Below the pieces are notes generated by a model. The model did not search any database and was not told the DNA's origin. It saw nothing but the letters and a program-made list of their open reading frames with translations. Position numbers and translations under genes: made by a program. Below, in pieces: positions 60,287 through 64,000 of a DNA stretch of 64,000 nt (the stretch's first letter is position 1; the number at the start of each line of letters is the position of its first letter). The stretch spans positions 19,344,001 to 19,408,000 of the forward strand of contig NC_088800.1 in the NCBI RefSeq assembly GCF_011386835.1, read 5' to 3'. The DNA comes from Chrysemys picta bellii. Its lineage: Eukaryota.

Positions 60287-60956
60287 GGGTAGATCTACAC
60301 TTACAGTAGCATGTAGAGTACAAGTATCAGGGGGTAGCCGTGTTAGTCTGTATCTACAAAAACAACAAGGAGTCTGGTGGCACCTTAAAGACTAACAGAT
60401 TTATTTGGGCATAAGCTTTCGTGAGTAAACCTCACTTCTTGCTTTCGTGAGTAAAAACCTCACTTCTTCGGATCCATCCGAAGAAGTGAGGTTTACTCAC
60501 GAAAGCTTATGCCCAAATAAATCTGTTAGTCTTTAAGGTGCCACCAGACTCCTTGTTATTCATGTAGAGTACAGACACGGGATGCTCAGCTAGCATGGGC
60601 ATAAATAGCACTGTAGTTGATGATGCACTGGTTAGGCAAGTAGAGTACAGGCACACCACAACCCTAGGTATATACCCTTCGTGTCTCTACATGCCCAAGC
60701 AATACCTCCCCCATTCACACTGCTATTTTTAGCAGTGTAACATCCCTCACTGCAGTGAAAGACTCCAGCTGCCAGGAAAGGCTCTGGGTGGGGGGAGGAA
60801 GCGGGGAAAGGCTCTGGCAGATTCCTTCTACCTCCTGCCTGCCAGAGCCTTTCACTGCAGCATGTAGCTACACACTGCAGCGTGGCTGCAGGCTGCTTTT
60901 CCCTGCAGAATGTAGCTACGTGTACCCTACATGCCACCAAAAGTGTAGACAGGGCC
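60287..60956. mobile_element. PIF/Harbinger-type MITE (host of a nested insertion)
   Basis: Termini gggtagatctacact / agtgtagacagggcc with TTA TSD on both sides. Confidence 0.8.
60323..60560. mobile_element. Small palindromic Penelope pseudo-LTR insertion nested in the MITE
   Basis: Arms 60364-60473 and 60476-60557; 13-bp TSD CATGTAGAGTACA at 60310-60322 and 60561-60573. Confidence 0.85.
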
Positions 60957-62274
60957 TTAGGTGCCTGAGTGTCTCTGTGGATCTGGGCCCAGAAATTCAG
61001 ACCAAATGGTGCCACATAAGTCACCTAAAGTTGGAAAAGAAAACCTGTTAATGATGTTTGAGGCACTCCAATGATTAGCAGAAGTTTGTTCTAGAATCAA
61101 TATATGAAACCCTTTGAAAAACACTGCAAGAGGGAGCCAGAGTCAGGACAAAGGCAAACCGTCATGATGGAGGTCTCATAGTAATAATGAATACCAGTCA
61201 TTTATAGCAAAAACATATTACTGAGGAATGACCTCAGTATTGAACTGAGTGAATTAGTACATTTATGAATAACTTAGATACCACTTTAGAAAGAGGAAAA
61301 ACCCAAGGAAGGGTGCTTTATTATGGCTGATGTGTAAACAGCTTTTTCCAATTACATGTACTGTAGGCAGGGGATCTGAGATTAGACAGTGACTATTAGA
61401 GTCACAAGTTTTTTGGATTGATAATGAGGTCTTGTCTACTCTAGAAAGTTATGTCAACAGAACAGTGGCACCGTACCAGAGACCAACCAACCTATTTTGG
61501 TAGAATGCGCTCAGACTCTGCCCCTTGTGGCCACACAGCTCATGTTGCATCACCAAAAGCACACTGCATTGTGAGCAGGCATACCACTGCCTCCATGTTG
61601 CCTTCAAGTACACTATTTTGGGGGAAAATGTTGCTGTGAATTAGGGGGGGGGGGGGGAGAGTCAAATGTTTCTCTCTCTCTGTTATCTCTAACTCATCTG
61701 AAACAATACCAATGTAGCTCCCATCAGTTCTTCCTTTACAATCCCTTCTTGTTCATACCTCAGTCATTTTTCACCTCAACTGTTACAATCTCCTCCTCTC
61801 CGGCTTCCAAGTTTCCCACCATGCAGCCTTCTATCCAAAATGCTGCAGCACAAATTATCTAGCTATCCCAACCTATTTATGGGTATCCTTTTTTGTTCCA
61901 AATTCTGACTCTTTCTTTAGACTTTCAAAACTCTGTCCCTGCCTACATCTCAGTCCTCACCCCCTAGTATTCCCCCCAGCCTTCCCATTACTGCTCTCTC
62001 TAGTTCTTATTCAGAAATTGGTTGTGTGTGGGAGGGCCCCTGTTCCCACATGGAACCTGTTGTTGGGGATGGTCTTAGTCTCTTTTACTCACTCACACCT
62101 TTGTAATTTTTCCCCCCATGCCACCCTCTATGCCTAGAAAGTAAATAGCTTCATCAGTTTCCTTCAAATCCTTCATCAAAACTCATTTTCTTTCAGCTAG
62201 TTTCCACCACCCTCAATTGTCAGCTGCCACTCACCCCAACTTGCCAAATAACTATGATGGAAGTCAAAATTTAC

Positions 62275-62540
62275 AAATTCAGTAATTGTATCACAATCTC
62301 ATGATATTTGGTGTTTTCCATGAAACCCCAGCTCCTAGAGTCATGGGATTGTAAAATTTTCAGCATTTAAAAAAAAAGATGTTTACCTCTGATAGTTGTA
62401 GAGGAAAACTTAAAAATATAAATCTTAGATCAAAACCCAGAACACCCCCTCACACACACCCCATTTATTATTTTTTAAATCTCATGATTTTTGCACATGC
62501 CTCATGCATGGTTTCTGAATATTTGAGATAGGTAACACTG
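62275..62540. mobile_element. Non-autonomous DNA transposon remnant
   Basis: Shares ccccagctcc and tcaaaacccagaa blocks with 46057-46786; ends in ggtaacactg. Confidence 0.45.
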
Positions 62541-64000
62541 GGAAATTGGCAGGTTTATAAAAGTATTTATGGTTTCTTTTTGTTGCTCGGCTATTTTTGG
62601 CTAAGGGGAGATTTTTGGGAATTTAAAATACTGTGTATTTTAAAATATATATAAATTACAGCTCCCTAGAGCCAAAGACAGTTACTCTATTTTGATTTAT
62701 GTAAAAATACAATACAGGCATTTAGTCAAAGGAGCTATACCACAATAAACACTCACATAAGAGCTTTTCTTCCTTCCTCTTCTTTTGCCAACTCACACCT
62801 TTTCTATTCTCTTCCTTGGTTTGGTGACATTATTTGCAGGATCAGGCTCTATATTAACACTTACTACTAAACCGTTCTTACTGGCGTGGATAGTCCCATT
62901 AGTTTATCTGATTACTCTCTCTCCTATGGTCTTGCATGCACACACTGTTAGCCTCAAATTCTGCAGAGATTTATTGATGTGCTTAATTTTACTCATTGAA
63001 GTCAATGAAACTACTCACATTAGTAAAATTAAGCATCTGAATAGATTTTTGCAGGACCAGGGCCCTAGCTGTTGAATTTTAGAATGAACTTACAGAAGAC
63101 ACAGCAATGGTAGGACATGAAGTACTACATATGCTCACTACGTGGCAGTAAAGTCTGTTTACAGAAGCATTATGAATTAAGTACCTTCTCAGATACTGAA
63201 ATTCTGAGGAGTTTAAAAAAAATTATTTGAAACCTTGCAAACAAATGTTACATTGATATCAAAGTTGTAATTAAGAGGAAAGAAGTGAGAATAATTTACC
63301 TGAATTTTAAAAAAAGCATCAGTTTCCCTTAATTATCTTTAAGGAAAGAAAGGAGACAAAGTGCAAAGTCTAGTTGTGAATTAAAAATTGATTAAGGAAG
63401 AAGAAATTGAGCAAAAAAAGGAGAACAGTGGGGTACTCTAGGGATTGGTAAATAGGAGCAATGTTAAGGGAATTTTTTACGTCTACCATTCGCTTCTGTG
63501 ATGATACTCTCTAAATGTATGGACTCCTCAGAAGATAAAGGCTAAAGAGCAATTGAATAGCTGAATGAAGACATGCACCTGATGTACATTAGTAGTTTAA
63601 AAAGCAAATTGGATACTTGTGGCAAGTAATAAAATAAAAGCCTTGTATAACACACAAGTTGCAACAATTTAACAGTATGGGTTTCTAAAAAGATAGTTAA
63701 ATTGGTTGCATCCCCCTAGCATAGCAGGTTCACATTTATACCAATAAAAAGGTGTTTATCAATACAGATTTTACCAAAACACACTCGATATAAACAAATA
63801 ATCAGTATAACTGCATACACAATGTGGGGTTGTATTGATTTAGAAATTAAAAGTTACAAATCAGTCCAACTTTGTGTTTAGACAATGTCCACAACACATG
63901 CAATTATACATCTTCAGAGTGCTTCACATATGTTAATCTCAACAGGTTTGTGAGGTAGTCAAGTAGTATGATCCCCATTGATGCAATTGAGAAAAAGACA

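Noticed and set aside
53500-64000. BLOC1S6 or C15orf48/miR-147 exons expected from human synteny, or a second SQOR copy
   Set aside because: I found no matching peptide or miRNA sequence on either strand; they probably lie outside the window.

Overview
Vertebrate genomic DNA, most likely from a turtle (inferred from the tRNA-derived SINE with a CR1 tail and from the Penelope, hAT and Harbinger MITE families). Three spliced protein-coding genes can be rebuilt exon by exon from splice sites and reading frame. (1) A 76-aa CRIB-domain CDC42 small effector (CDC42SE/SPEC family) on the - strand, coding exons 17000-17053, 13250-13351 and 12645-12719; it is absent from the supplied ORF track. (2) A 208-aa nicotinamide riboside kinase (NMRK2-like) on the + strand, 22355-27476, 8 coding exons, head-to-head with the CDC42SE-like gene across one CCAAT-rich CpG island. 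(3) A complete 450-aa sulfide:quinone oxidoreductase SQOR on the - strand, 31967-45179, 9 coding exons, with its CpG-island promoter at about 52.2-53.4 kb. To my knowledge human has no NMRK or CDC42SE gene beside SQOR. The pair therefore looks like two unnamed whole-genome-duplication paralogs ('NMRK3', 'CDC42SE3') kept in this lineage; this is an inference that needs phylogeny and synteny checks. The rest is repeat-rich intron and intergenic DNA: CR1 LINEs, SINEs, MITEs with target-site duplications (TSDs), a solo LTR, and two palindromic Penelope insertions carrying hammerhead-like motifs. Gene and family identities come from recalled sequences, not database searches.
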